Positions 33,081 to 41,798 of a stretch of 64,000 nucleotides of DNA are shown here, in pieces (the stretch's first letter is position 1; the number at the start of each line of letters is the position of its first letter). The translations under genes were made by a program, and so were the position numbers. Under the pieces are notes generated by a model that ran no database searches, was not told the DNA's origin, and saw only the letters and a program-made list of their open reading frames with translations. This DNA is from Tequatrovirus BCH953P4: sequence record OZ035789.1, one strand, 5' to 3'.

Positions 33081-33632
33081 ATGAAAATCTATCATTATTA
33101 TTTTGACACGAAAGAATTTTACAAAGAAGAAAATTACAAACCGATTAAAGGCATTGGTCTTCCTGCTCATTCAACAAATAAAAAACCTTTAGATCCTAAA
33201 GAAGGATACGCAGTTGTATTTGATGAACGTACTCAGGATTGGATTTATGAAGAAGACCATCGTGGTAAACGAGCATGGACTTTTAATAAAGAAGAAATTT
33301 TTATAAGTGACATTGGAAGCCCGGTTGGTATAACCTTTGATGAGCCCGGCGAATTTGATATATGGACTGATGATGGCTGGAAAGAAGACGAAACATATAA
33401 ACGTGTTTTAATTCGTAATAGAAAAATTGAAGAATTATATAGAGAGTTCCAAGTTTTAAATAATATGATTGAAGCTTCTGTCGCCAATAAAAAGGAAAAA
33501 TTCTATTATAAAAACCTTAAGCGGTTCTTTGCTCTTTTAGAAAAACATGAGCATTTAGGTGGTGAATTCCCTGCATGGCCTGAAAAAGAACAGAAGCCTT
33601 GGTATAAGCGTTTATTCAAGCATTACGTATAA
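33081..33632 (+). CDS. 38: gp38 tail fibre assembly chaperone (T4 type)
   Basis: 183-aa ORF matching T4 gp38 (MKIYHYYFDTKEFYKEENYKPIKG..). Confidence 0.9.
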   Translation: MKIYHYYFDTKEFYKEENYKPIKGIGLPAHSTNKKPLDPKEGYAVVFDERTQDWIYEEDHRGKRAWTFNKEEIFISDIGSPVGITFDEPGEFDIWTDDGWKEDETYKRVLIRNRKIEELYREFQVLNNMIEASVANKKEKFYYKNLKRFFALLEKHEHLGGEFPAWPEKEQKPWYKRLFKHYV

Positions 33633-33635
33633 ATA
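33628..33635 (+). promoter_or_regulatory. late promoter (TATAAATA) for t
   Basis: Exact TATAAATA 18 nt upstream of t start, inside 3' end of gene 38 region. Confidence 0.6.
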
Positions 33636-33652
33636 TCTTAAAAGGAGGGTCT

Positions 33653-34309
33653 ATGGCAGCACCTAGAATATCATTTTCGCCCTCTGATATTCTGTTTGGT
33701 GTTCTAGATCGCTTGTTCAAAGATAACGCTACCGGGAAAGTTCTTGCTTCTCGGGTAGCTGTCGTAATTCTTTTGTTTATAATGGCGATTGTTTGGTATA
33801 GGGGAGATAGTTTCTTTGAGTACTACAAGCAATCAAAGTATGAAACATACAGTGAAATTATTGAAAAGGAAAGAAATGCACGCTTTGAATCTGTCGCCCT
33901 GGAACAACTCCAGATAGTTCATATATCATCTGAGGCAGACTTTAGTGCGGTGTATTCTTTCCGCCCTAAAAACTTAAACTATTTTGTTGATATTATAGCA
34001 TATGAAGGAAAATTACCTTCAACAATAAGTGAAAAATCACTTGGAGGATATCCCGTTGATAAAACTATGGATGAATATGCAGTTCATTTAAACGGACGTC
34101 ATTATTATTCCAACTCAAAATTTGCTTTTTTACCAACTAAAAAGCCTACTCCCGAAATAAACTACATGTACAGTTGTCCATATTTTAATTTGGATAATAT
34201 CTATGCTGGAACGATAACCATGTACTGGTATAGAAATGATCATATAAGTAATGACCGCCTTGAATCAATATGTGCTCAGGCGGCCAGAATATTAGGAAGG
34301 GCTAAATAA
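33653..34309 (+). CDS. t: holin
   Basis: 218-aa ORF matching T4 holin T (single TM segment VAVVILLFIMAIVWY, large periplasmic domain); SD AGGAGGG. Confidence 0.95.
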   Translation: MAAPRISFSPSDILFGVLDRLFKDNATGKVLASRVAVVILLFIMAIVWYRGDSFFEYYKQSKYETYSEIIEKERNARFESVALEQLQIVHISSEADFSAVYSFRPKNLNYFVDIIAYEGKLPSTISEKSLGGYPVDKTMDEYAVHLNGRHYYSNSKFAFLPTKKPTPEINYMYSCPYFNLDNIYAGTITMYWYRNDHISNDRLESICAQAARILGRAK

Positions 34310-34582
34310 TTATTTGTTCGTATACATCTCTAGATATCGATATACACCCTCAAAACCCTCGTTGAATTCGTCGATGAGGGTTTTCTTATCTTCTTGAGTT
34401 AATTCAGAAACAATTTTACGGAATGAATTCTGATTTAATTTTCTACCTTCATGCGTTACTCCAATCTCATTCAGAAATGCAATAAAATTAGCACGATTCT
34501 CAACAATATCTTCTCTGGAAAATTTAATCAAAATAGACGCAACAGTAATAATTTCACGAACTGTATCGATGTTTTTATTCAT
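34310..34582 (-). CDS. asiA: AsiA anti-sigma-70 factor
   Basis: 90-aa ORF matching T4 AsiA (MNKNIDTVREIITVASILIKFSRED..). Confidence 0.95.
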   Translation of the reverse strand: MNKNIDTVREIITVASILIKFSREDIVENRANFIAFLNEIGVTHEGRKLNQNSFRKIVSELTQEDKKTLIDEFNEGFEGVYRYLEMYTNK

Positions 34583-34594
34583 TAACTATACCAC

Positions 34595-34747
34595 TCAATT
34601 AGTTGACTTTGTTATAATATCATCAGACGCTTGATTTGTAAACTGGTCTGTGTTATTTTCTTCAAAAATTTTTTCTACGAATTCCTTGAACGACTCACGT
34701 TCCTGAGCTACATTATGCTCGATTACCTTTTCAAGATTATGACTCAT
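34595..34747 (-). CDS. small ORF (~50 aa) between arn and asiA
   Basis: Hand-translated; ATGA overlap with arn stop; contains the asiA promoter in its 3' end; below track size cut-off. Confidence 0.35.
   Translation of the reverse strand: MSHNLEKVIEHNVAQERESFKEFVEKIFEENNTDQFTNQASDDIITKSTN
34612..34644 (-). promoter_or_regulatory. early promoter for asiA
   Basis: Minus strand GTTTAC, 18-nt spacer, TATTATAAC. Confidence 0.5.
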
Positions 34748-35022
34748 TCGAAATAATCTTCAATTTCGTAATCATGGACATAAAACATTATAGTTTTTAA
34801 TACATCATCGATACTTTTTCCTGGAGCTGGAATTACGTAGAAATATCCTGCTTTTGAGAGGTCTTTATAAGTTCCAATCAAGAAATCATTATTCTCAAGA
34901 TGCAGTTCTTCAACTAATTCATTAACAATTGAGTGGTATAAATTTGGTAGAAACTTATATAGCTTTTCTAGAATATCAATTTTGATTGTGTATTGAATCA
35001 CAGACTGAGAATCAATAATCAT
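34744..35022 (-). CDS. arn: Arn anti-restriction (McrBC inhibitor)
   Basis: 92-aa acidic ORF; T4 Arn size and position upstream of asiA. Confidence 0.75.
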   Translation of the reverse strand: MIIDSQSVIQYTIKIDILEKLYKFLPNLYHSIVNELVEELHLENNDFLIGTYKDLSKAGYFYVIPAPGKSIDDVLKTIMFYVHDYEIEDYFE

Positions 35023-35105
35023 AGACCTTCCCCTTATGTTTCTGTTTGCGATTAGATTCTTTAAACGCTTTCTTCTTATCCTTATGAACAGAAGCTTTAT
35101 TAAAA

Positions 35106-35324
35106 TTATGTTTTGCGACTAAATTGTTCATAATGCTGAATTACCTCTCTTAAACATTTGCATGTGAATGAAAACTTTTTAGCTACACCACATTCAAATA
35201 TATGTTCTCTTAAATCACGTGTATCAGTATATCCCATCTCAACAATAAAATGCCGTATTAGATTTTTATCTTTATCATTGAGAGAATTAAAATAATCAGA
35301 TTTTGAATTAATTTCCCTGGCCAA
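35106..35324 (-). CDS. hypothetical protein (72 aa)
   Basis: ORF track; arn-motA interval. Confidence 0.5.
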   Translation of the reverse strand: MAREINSKSDYFNSLNDKDKNLIRHFIVEMGYTDTRDLREHIFECGVAKKFSFTCKCLREVIQHYEQFSRKT

Positions 35325-35604
35325 ATTGAATCACCTTCAGTTGACGTTTTAACTCTTTTATCATTTCTTCGTTCATCGCAATATAAAGATCGCGTAAAGC
35401 AGGTTTTAGCATTCCATTTACTGGAGAACTAAATGGACATATATAATCTTTTCCTACAAGCTTTTTGGTGAATTCCATATCACAGAACTTAAATCCCGGC
35501 TCATTGGTATAAATTCCCCAATTAGTTGACATCATTTTGTTAGCATATTCCAGTGCCTGGATTTGATTCATAATTCCATCAATTTGAAACTGTTTAATAT
35601 TCAT
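35308..35604 (-). CDS. hypothetical protein (98 aa)
   Basis: ORF track. Confidence 0.5.
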   Translation of the reverse strand: MNIKQFQIDGIMNQIQALEYANKMMSTNWGIYTNEPGFKFCDMEFTKKLVGKDYICPFSSPVNGMLKPALRDLYIAMNEEMIKELKRQLKVIQFGQGN

Positions 35605-36062
35605 TAGTAAAGGTCCTCAGAGTAAAGTTCTTTTTCACTACCACGTTCAATACGTACTTGTCCAGCGTAAGTTGCAATAATCATTGCTTCTTCACGTGTC
35701 CAATAATTACTATATTGGTCAATAAACCCTTGGTCATCATCACAAACTTGCTGAGTAACTAATTGAGGTTTAACTACATCTAAAACTTCTGCCATATCTT
35801 TAGAATAATGACGAGCACCTGGAATAACAAGAGTTCGTCCATCTTTTAATTTAAAACGGTTGGCTGCGCAAACAATTCGTCGTTGATACTTTTGGTTTTC
35901 ATCCCAGTACGCAGTCTGCCAACAGATTTCAGGAACTTCTTTCAGAATATCTTCTTCTGTGCATTTATAACCATGCGCTTTAAATTTTTGAACAAGACTC
36001 TCCGGAGTCTCACGAGATAAAAGCACATTCAGCATTTTTAAACGATTAATAAATGGGTTCAT
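35604..36062 (-). CDS. hypothetical protein (152 aa)
   Basis: ORF track. Confidence 0.55.
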   Translation of the reverse strand: MNPFINRLKMLNVLLSRETPESLVQKFKAHGYKCTEEDILKEVPEICWQTAYWDENQKYQRRIVCAANRFKLKDGRTLVIPGARHYSKDMAEVLDVVKPQLVTQQVCDDDQGFIDQYSNYWTREEAMIIATYAGQVRIERGSEKELYSEDLY

Positions 36063-36388
36063 TTAAACCATCCTTTAATACGCTGCCACAAAGTTTTCTG
36101 CTGAGCTTTGTTAACACCAATTGAGCGAATAACCGGTTGAGATTCCTGGAATTCTTTATAATCATCAAGGTAAATTTCGTAAGCTGCATCTGTAAATGAA
36201 CTTATTGCTGCCATAAAATTATTGCGAATACCTACTGGAGCATCTTTACTTTCACGAATAATCATGTATTTACCAGTCTTAATCTTTACGATAGTTCCAA
36301 GATAAGCTCCATGATACCAGATGTCCCAACCCTCTTGAGTAGGTTCTGCGCAACGACGAAGTTCATTAACGATTTCTAACTTGTTCAT
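36059..36388 (-). CDS. hypothetical protein (109 aa)
   Basis: ORF track; ATGA coupling. Confidence 0.55.
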   Translation of the reverse strand: MNKLEIVNELRRCAEPTQEGWDIWYHGAYLGTIVKIKTGKYMIIRESKDAPVGIRNNFMAAISSFTDAAYEIYLDDYKEFQESQPVIRSIGVNKAQQKTLWQRIKGWFK

Positions 36389-36398
36389 TATTTATTCC

Positions 36399-37034
36399 TC
36401 ACAGTTCAGATGCTACAGTGATTACAGCTTCAATGTTTTCTGCCGAGCGTTTAATGTCAAGATACACATTACCGTTTTTAGCGATTTTACATGACATTCC
36501 GATGTCAGTAAATTTCTGAATATGATGTTCCATCATTTTATATCCAAAAATTCGCATATTTCCATTGTTGTTAATTTCAAAATTACGAATTCCGTGAGTG
36601 CGTTTTTCTAAAATGGCAAGATAATTACTGCGATAAGTTTCAACCTTTTTAAGAACAAATCCATTTTCATCTAAAAGTTTTAACATGAGGTCTTTATCTT
36701 CTTCCATATCAGAAGTAATCTCGCGAGCTTTACGAGTTGCTCGTTTTTTCAGCAGTTCCGGAGCATTTTCCTGTGCGTATAAAGTTGCTGCATTTGAAAT
36801 AATATCTTGCGCTTCGCCTGTAATGATTAATCCATCACCTGATTTCTCTACCAGGCCTTTTTTAATTAATACCCCAATATTACTATTAACTACTGCGTTA
36901 CCTAAATCTGGATGCACCTCACGAACTTCTGCAGCTGTAATGAAATCTTTCTTAGCAATGGTAATTAAAATCGCAGCAGTTTTTTCATTCAGAACATCGT
37001 TAGAAGCTTTGATGATGTAAGTTACTTTAGACAT
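36399..37034 (-). CDS. motA: MotA middle-transcription activator
   Basis: 211-aa ORF matching T4 MotA. Confidence 0.95.
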   Translation of the reverse strand: MSKVTYIIKASNDVLNEKTAAILITIAKKDFITAAEVREVHPDLGNAVVNSNIGVLIKKGLVEKSGDGLIITGEAQDIISNAATLYAQENAPELLKKRATRKAREITSDMEEDKDLMLKLLDENGFVLKKVETYRSNYLAILEKRTHGIRNFEINNNGNMRIFGYKMMEHHIQKFTDIGMSCKIAKNGNVYLDIKRSAENIEAVITVASEL

Positions 37035-37072
37035 TTTCTAATCTCCGTAATTCTGTATCAGTAGTTGATAGT

Positions 37073-37106
37073 TGTATAGTACCACAGTATGCTTTGGTTG
37101 TAAACC
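37073..37106 (-). promoter_or_regulatory. early promoter for motA
   Basis: Minus strand GTTTAC, spacer, GTACTATAC, conserved leader ..AACTATCAACTAC.. and SD GGAG. Confidence 0.55.
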
Positions 37107-37118
37107 GTTTTGTGAAAA

Positions 37119-37157
37119 AAATTTTGAAATAAAAAAGGGAGAGCCAAGGCTCTCCCT
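37119..37157 (-). terminator. rho-independent terminator upstream of the motA promoter
   Basis: Minus strand GGGAGAGCC-tt-GGCTCTCCC hairpin followed by TTTTTTATTTC; near-identical to the gene 32 terminator cassette. Confidence 0.6.
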
Positions 37158-37161
37158 AAAA

Positions 37162-37311
37162 TTACTGCATGACTGTGATAACTGTCATGATAACACGTTG
37201 AATTCCGAACGCAAGAAGACCTCCTGCTACGGCTGGAACAACACCTACCCCCGCTAGTAAAATGCCGCCAGATACTAATGCAGCGCTTGTAATACCAATG
37301 AATGGACTCAT
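37162..37311 (-). CDS. small hydrophobic membrane protein (49 aa)
   Basis: Hand-translated MSPFIGITSAALVSGGILLAGVGVVPAVAGGLLAFGIQRVIMTVITVMQ; ATGA overlap with gene 52 stop. Confidence 0.45.
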   Translation of the reverse strand: MSPFIGITSAALVSGGILLAGVGVVPAVAGGLLAFGIQRVIMTVITVMQ

Positions 37312-38636
37312 TTGATTTCCTCTAAATCTTTGGTGTATTCGGTAACTACATCAGTAGTTTTCCAATATTCGTTTTCTTCTTTCTTAGCTTTAGCTTCTTC
37401 AGCAAGTTTCTTTGCTTCATCGGAAGTCATATGAAAAATATTCATTCCAACTAGTTTATCAACATAAGAAGAATACATCTCAATTTTAGAAAGTTCTTCG
37501 GTCAGTTCTTTACGAGTTTTACCCTGTACAACAATTTCACCTGAAATTACTTTCTTAATGAAATGCGCCTTGGCAAAGGCTAAACGAAAAGCTGACTCAG
37601 TTTCTTTAATTTTGTTATCAATTCGTTTTTGGACATAAGTTTTACGAACTTCAACGAAGTCTTTAATTAAATCAACTACGTTATCGTAAACTTGTAGTTT
37701 TCCTTTCTCATTAATAACCGTAATATTCTGAGAACGACGCTCAATCAACCCGAAGTCTTTCATAATTTTTGCATGACGTTCTTCTTCATTATCGCTCAAA
37801 GAATATTCTTTGCGGAATTTAACTTTGAATCCAAAACCATGCTCACCACAAGCATCATCCCATGTAATGAAGCCTTTATCTTCAAGTGGGTCTAAGATTT
37901 TACTCACATAAGTTTCACGATCATACTTATACGGAATCTCAGTGATATGCATTTGAGTTCGTGAAGTAAACTTATATGTTCCACGAATTTCATATTGCCC
38001 ATCAATTTCAACGACTTCACCACGAAATTCTGGGAATTCTACCTTCGGTTTAGTTACTTTCTTTCCTTGAAGAGCTTGCAGTACAGCTTTCTTGACAGAA
38101 GAAACACTATGAGGAAGAATGTAAGTTGCATAACCAGTTGCAATACCGGAAACGCCATTAAGAAGAACAGTAGGAATAATAGGCAAATAGAAAGCAGGCG
38201 GAATGTGTTCTTTATCTTGATGTACCGGAGCATATTCAGTATCTTTATATACGTTATAGAAATTTTTACTTACACGAGCAAAAATATAACGACTTGCCGC
38301 TGCCTTTTGGACAGTACGAGAACCGAAGTTTCCTTGACCATCTAACAAAGGAAAGTTATTATTCCAAGTGTTAGCCATCAAAGCACCTGCGTCTTGTGCA
38401 GAGTTTTCACCATGATGATATCCAAGGTCCGCTACACCACCTGCGATAGAAGCGAGTTTGTGAAACTTATCTTTATTTCCTCGTGCCAAATCAAGAGCTC
38501 GAGCAATAACAAATCGTTGAACTGGCTTAAATCCGTCAATCATATTTGGGATAGCACGATTTTCAACCGTGTACATAGCATAAGCCAATGCTTCATTATC
38601 AATGATACTTTTTAAATCGCGATTATTCAGTTGCAT
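37308..38636 (-). CDS. 52: gp52 topoisomerase II medium subunit (GyrA-like cleavage domain)
   Basis: 442-aa ORF of T4 gp52 length; position next to motA. Confidence 0.9.
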   Translation of the reverse strand: MQLNNRDLKSIIDNEALAYAMYTVENRAIPNMIDGFKPVQRFVIARALDLARGNKDKFHKLASIAGGVADLGYHHGENSAQDAGALMANTWNNNFPLLDGQGNFGSRTVQKAAASRYIFARVSKNFYNVYKDTEYAPVHQDKEHIPPAFYLPIIPTVLLNGVSGIATGYATYILPHSVSSVKKAVLQALQGKKVTKPKVEFPEFRGEVVEIDGQYEIRGTYKFTSRTQMHITEIPYKYDRETYVSKILDPLEDKGFITWDDACGEHGFGFKVKFRKEYSLSDNEEERHAKIMKDFGLIERRSQNITVINEKGKLQVYDNVVDLIKDFVEVRKTYVQKRIDNKIKETESAFRLAFAKAHFIKKVISGEIVVQGKTRKELTEELSKIEMYSSYVDKLVGMNIFHMTSDEAKKLAEEAKAKKEENEYWKTTDVVTEYTKDLEEIK

Positions 38637-38640
38637 AAAT

Positions 38641-38781
38641 TTACCATACTAGTGAATGTAGTGCCATAATAACATCAGAAATGAAAAGCACGACTTGAAT
38701 TAATCCGAACATTACTCCATAATATAGTGCTATTAATAAAATAGCAAGGGCTAATGAATAGCCCAAGATTTTCTTAATCAT
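38641..38781 (-). CDS. small hydrophobic membrane protein (46 aa)
   Basis: Hand-translated MIKKILGYSLALAILLIALYYGVMFGLIQVVLF..; ATG a few nt upstream of ac stop. Confidence 0.4.
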   Translation of the reverse strand: MIKKILGYSLALAILLIALYYGVMFGLIQVVLFISDVIMALHSLVW

Positions 38782-38929
38782 TAGATAACAACACAAATGT
38801 TAAATATGCGCACATACCCTGGGCTAAAGCTTGTGAAAACACACTGCTAGCATCGATACAGATAGTTAAAACACATGCTACTATCCAACAAATAAATGAA
38901 ATAACTCCTAATAATTTTGCGATATTCAT
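38774..38929 (-). CDS. ac: Ac (acridine sensitivity) small membrane protein
   Basis: 51 aa from MNIAKLLGVISFICWIVAC.. preceded by SD GAGGAG; T4 ac size and position. Confidence 0.6.
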   Translation of the reverse strand: MNIAKLLGVISFICWIVACVLTICIDASSVFSQALAQGMCAYLTFVLLSND

Positions 38930-38983
38930 AATATTCTCCTCAACTATTTTTAGAACCAATGTACGCGAATAATGATAAAATCG

Positions 38984-39094
38984 CTAATACGCCCTGAGCT
39001 GATGCTTGCAAAATACTGAAGTTTCTCCAGTTATTACTGTTCCGATGCATAAAAAGAACCAACAGAAAAAGGCTATACCGTGAACAAATTTCAT
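38984..39094 (-). CDS. small hydrophobic peptide (36 aa)
   Basis: Hand-translated MKFVHGIAFFCWFFLCIGTVITG..; SD GAGGA overlapping stp 3' end. Confidence 0.35.
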   Translation of the reverse strand: MKFVHGIAFFCWFFLCIGTVITGETSVFCKHQLRAY

Positions 39095-39101
39095 ATTTTC
39101 C

Positions 39102-39182
39102 TCACTGGCGTCCGAAGACGCCTTTGGTTTTAAGATTGTTACGATAGAACTGCATCACGTGTTCGTTGTGGAAATTACTCAT
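39102..39182 (-). CDS. stp: Stp 26-aa peptide (activator of host PrrC anticodon nuclease)
   Basis: Hand-translated [26 protein letters not shown]; ATG overlaps ndd stop. Confidence 0.7.
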
Positions 39183-39640
39183 TAATATGCCTGCAAAACA
39201 AATTTAAAGTTATCAGCCAACATACGGTTCATTTCTTCAAGTGTTTGATACTCAGAATGATGATTACGAGTAAACGCCAAAGCTAACTGACCTTTACCAA
39301 ATCCCGTCGTCAGAGGTTTCATCTTAGAAGCAGGCAGATAAAACACTGTGTATGGAACATTGTTATTTGCAATAGTACGCGCAAGTTGAGACCGGCGTTG
39401 ACGAATATGACTTAAAACCGCACTGAATCCTTGCTTAGAACGCTGATTACCTACATAAAATCGTGCAGACACACATGGATTACTAAATGGACGACCATCT
39501 AATTTACTTACTAAAAAGTAAAATCCAGGTTTAGATAAAATATCTTTATGTGGAGTTCCTAAAAACCATTCACCACCCTTGATTGTACCAATAACAGTAG
39601 CGCCTGCGTTGTTCAGATCAGTAACAGTCATATATTTCAT
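39182..39640 (-). CDS. ndd: Ndd nucleoid disruption protein
   Basis: ~152 aa from [13 protein letters not shown].. with SD GAGGAA; T4 Ndd size and position. Confidence 0.75.
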
Positions 39641-39700
39641 ATTAATTTCCTCTAAATTATTTTCTACTCCAAGGCCGCATGAATACACACGGCCATTAAA

Positions 39701-39916
39701 TTAATCGTCGCAGTCGACGCTCAATTCCCAAAACTCTTCTACGGTATAAGTTTCAGTATCATTTTCAATACAGAAACGTTCATTACTGTTATTTACTAAA
39801 GTAGCGTTAACTGTCATTTTCTCGCTGGTGCTCTTAAGAGGCGAAATACGAATTAACTGATCACCGTTATCTAAACAAAAAATTTCACCAACTTTTACAT
39901 CTTTAAAAATTTTCAT
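39701..39916 (-). CDS. hypothetical protein (71 aa)
   Basis: ORF track. Confidence 0.5.
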   Translation of the reverse strand: MKIFKDVKVGEIFCLDNGDQLIRISPLKSTSEKMTVNATLVNNSNERFCIENDTETYTVEEFWELSVDCDD

Positions 39917-39924
39917 AATTCACC

Positions 39925-40035
39925 TCAAGGAGTATAAAATCCAAATGCAGTTGTTGACCATCCCATCCAATATGGAAAATTTGCACCAATGTAAAACATA
40001 AGAATATAAAACCAAATGTTTAGTAAATTCATCAT
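39925..40035 (-). CDS. small hydrophobic peptide (36 aa)
   Basis: Hand-translated MMNLLNIWFYILMFYIGANFPYWMGW..; ATGA overlap. Confidence 0.35.
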   Translation of the reverse strand: MMNLLNIWFYILMFYIGANFPYWMGWSTTAFGFYTP

Positions 40036-40229
40036 TTTACGCCATTCCAAATTGTTTCAACTACGGATTTTAAACCATTTTGATGAATATCAATTCCGAC
40101 TACTGTCATCAAATAGATTCCAACTACAACTGAACCTAAGGCAAAAATCAGCATGAAAATGAATAAAGCCGGAAAAATATTATCGAAAAACCATTCAATA
40201 AATGTAAAAGCACTGCGTTTACGCTTCAT
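40032..40229 (-). CDS. small membrane protein (~65 aa)
   Basis: Internal start MKRKRSAF.. with SD GAGG; TM segment FPALFIFMLIFALGSVVVGIYLM. Confidence 0.45.
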   Translation of the reverse strand: MKRKRSAFTFIEWFFDNIFPALFIFMLIFALGSVVVGIYLMTVVGIDIHQNGLKSVVETIWNGVK

Positions 40230-40236
40230 ATTTTCC

Positions 40237-40350
40237 TCACATAAATCCAAAGTAAACGTTTAATACATCAATCATTAAAACGATTGGGAATATACTCAAA
40301 ACTAATAGTATTATAACTACATTCCATATAGCTTTAATAATCTTTTTCAT
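40237..40350 (-). CDS. small membrane peptide (37 aa)
   Basis: MKKIIKAIWNVVIILLVLSIFPIVLMIDV.. after SD GGAGGAAC and an early promoter; longer track ORF rejected. Confidence 0.4.
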   Translation of the reverse strand: MKKIIKAIWNVVIILLVLSIFPIVLMIDVLNVYFGFM

Positions 40351-40376
40351 TTTCTGTTCCTCCGTAGTTGATAGGG

Positions 40377-40409
40377 TAATAATACCACAGAGGAACAGTC
40401 TTGTAAACA
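40377..40409 (-). promoter_or_regulatory. early promoter
   Basis: GTTTAC, spacer, TATTATTA, conserved leader CCCTATCAACTACGGAGGA. Confidence 0.55.
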
Positions 40410-40415
40410 ACTTTT

Positions 40416-40514
40416 TTAAAAATATTCGTAATAAATGTGAATACCAACTACTACCGCTGAAACCTGTGCAACCCACCACGCACAAGCAATAAGTATAGAA
40501 TTCATAATTTTCAT
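40416..40514 (-). CDS. small hydrophobic peptide (32 aa)
   Basis: Hand-translated MKIMNSILIACAWWVAQVSAVV..; SD GAGG. Confidence 0.3.
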   Translation of the reverse strand: MKIMNSILIACAWWVAQVSAVVVGIHIYYEYF

Positions 40515-40597
40515 AATAACCTCATTACAAAAGTAAATGTTAAACAAATTACTGGAATACTAATTAACCAAACAAAACACCACCACAGTGAACTCAT
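40511..40597 (-). CDS. small hydrophobic peptide (28 aa)
   Basis: Hand-translated MSSLWWCFVWLISIPVICLTFTFVMRLL; ATGA overlaps on both sides. Confidence 0.3.
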   Translation of the reverse strand: MSSLWWCFVWLISIPVICLTFTFVMRLL

Positions 40598-40857
40598 AGC
40601 TCAATCTCAATGATTTCAAGATTATTTTCTTTAATAGCTTTCTTTAAATCATCGTAAATAAGAACTTCCCAAGAATTGTTTAAATCACCATTCAACAAAC
40701 GCTCTTGTTGCAATTTATCAGTAAGATATGGTTGATCTGATTCATATTTAGACAATCCCAATGAAATAAATGATGTTGCATCATCAATTTCAGAATATTG
40801 TACATAAACAAATTCACCTGTGATTTTATGTTTAACATAAAAGAATTTAAATTTCAT
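40594..40857 (-). CDS. hypothetical protein (87 aa)
   Basis: ORF track; SD GGAGGAAC and early promoter upstream. Confidence 0.55.
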   Translation of the reverse strand: MKFKFFYVKHKITGEFVYVQYSEIDDATSFISLGLSKYESDQPYLTDKLQQERLLNGDLNNSWEVLIYDDLKKAIKENNLEIIEIEL

Positions 40858-40881
40858 TTTTGTTCCTCCGTAGTTGATAGG

Positions 40882-40915
40882 GTAATAGTACCACGGTCCT
40901 TGTGGTATGTAAACT
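40882..40915 (-). promoter_or_regulatory. early promoter
   Basis: GTTTAC, 17-nt spacer, GTACTATTA, conserved leader CCCTATCAACTACGGAGGA. Confidence 0.55.
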
Positions 40916-40930
40916 AGTTTATGAAAATTT

Positions 40931-41488
40931 TTAGATGGAAAGATACCATCCGTTGTAGTTGCTTTTTCGCACTACCTTACGAAGGTCTTCTCTATCCCCA
41001 ATGAACTTCGGAGTGTACTGGATGACACCTGGATGAATTTCTTTAGTGTTGAATATAATTATACAGTCCGCGACTTGATGATTTAGAATGGGCCCTAGAT
41101 TTATTCCAGAACCATATGGATACTCTCCGCTGCATCCTGTTGTTACCGAAATCCAACGTGAGTCAGTTTGATGTGTCTTAACTTCTACACGAAGCCCACA
41201 GTATTTTGGATGTGCTAAAACATCCCATGCATATGTGTACGGATCATCGACATCTTCTTGGCCTTTATTGACATATCCGCTTAGCCAATCTGCCACAAAA
41301 AACTCTGCGTACACAGCGATACGGCATCTTTCGATAACTTCTGCCTTATCCTGATTTGGGTTCTGTTTTAAAGAGTATCTTACAGTATCAGCAATTTTGA
41401 CCTTCATTTCATTGGTTAAATCGCTGTTCGATAGAGTAAATGTCGGAATCTGAAATAGTCTCTGCAAACCCGGATTCGTTTTCTGCAT
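40931..41488 (-). CDS. denB: endonuclease IV
   Basis: 185-aa ORF of T4 DenB length upstream of the ndd cluster. Confidence 0.85.
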   Translation of the reverse strand: MQKTNPGLQRLFQIPTFTLSNSDLTNEMKVKIADTVRYSLKQNPNQDKAEVIERCRIAVYAEFFVADWLSGYVNKGQEDVDDPYTYAWDVLAHPKYCGLRVEVKTHQTDSRWISVTTGCSGEYPYGSGINLGPILNHQVADCIIIFNTKEIHPGVIQYTPKFIGDREDLRKVVRKSNYNGWYLSI

Positions 41489-41544
41489 TTAAACTTTCCT
41501 TTTATGTCTGAATCACTGGTATTCATATAAATCATAATTTCTCT

Positions 41545-41568
41545 TAAAACAAAAGGGCCGAAGCCCTT
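41545..41568 (-). terminator. GC-rich tetraloop hairpin / terminator after the 64-aa ORF
   Basis: AAGGGC-ttcg-GCCCTT with U tract on the minus strand (also T-rich on plus). Confidence 0.45.
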
Positions 41569-41571
41569 ATT

Positions 41572-41766
41572 TTATTTGAATTGTGCAATTCTTTTCTCTA
41601 GACATTCAGCATAAGATTTCATTGAGATGAACTGTGAAAGTAGTAGTTCTTGCTCAACTGCACTAACTGTTAGAAACTTTGCGCTTTCTAAAAATTTACT
41701 CAGTGCATTAATTTTGAGCATTAATTGATCGTATTCTTCTTTTACTCGTGCTTGATAACCTAACAT
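41572..41766 (-). CDS. hypothetical protein (64 aa)
   Basis: ORF track. Confidence 0.5.
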   Translation of the reverse strand: MLGYQARVKEEYDQLMLKINALSKFLESAKFLTVSAVEQELLLSQFISMKSYAECLEKRIAQFK

Positions 41767-41798
41767 AATTTTCCTTGATGTGATAAGGGCCGAAGCCC

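Noticed and set aside
35020-35131. 37-aa highly basic ORF overlapping the 3' end of the 72-aa ORF at 35106..35324
   Set aside because: No SD, overlaps a better-supported ORF in another frame; possibly real but not supportable from sequence alone.
40237-40485. 82-aa minus-strand track ORF
   Set aside because: It reads through an early promoter and SD that sit inside it; the real products are more likely the 37-aa peptide after the promoter (40237..40350) and a separate 32-aa peptide upstream.
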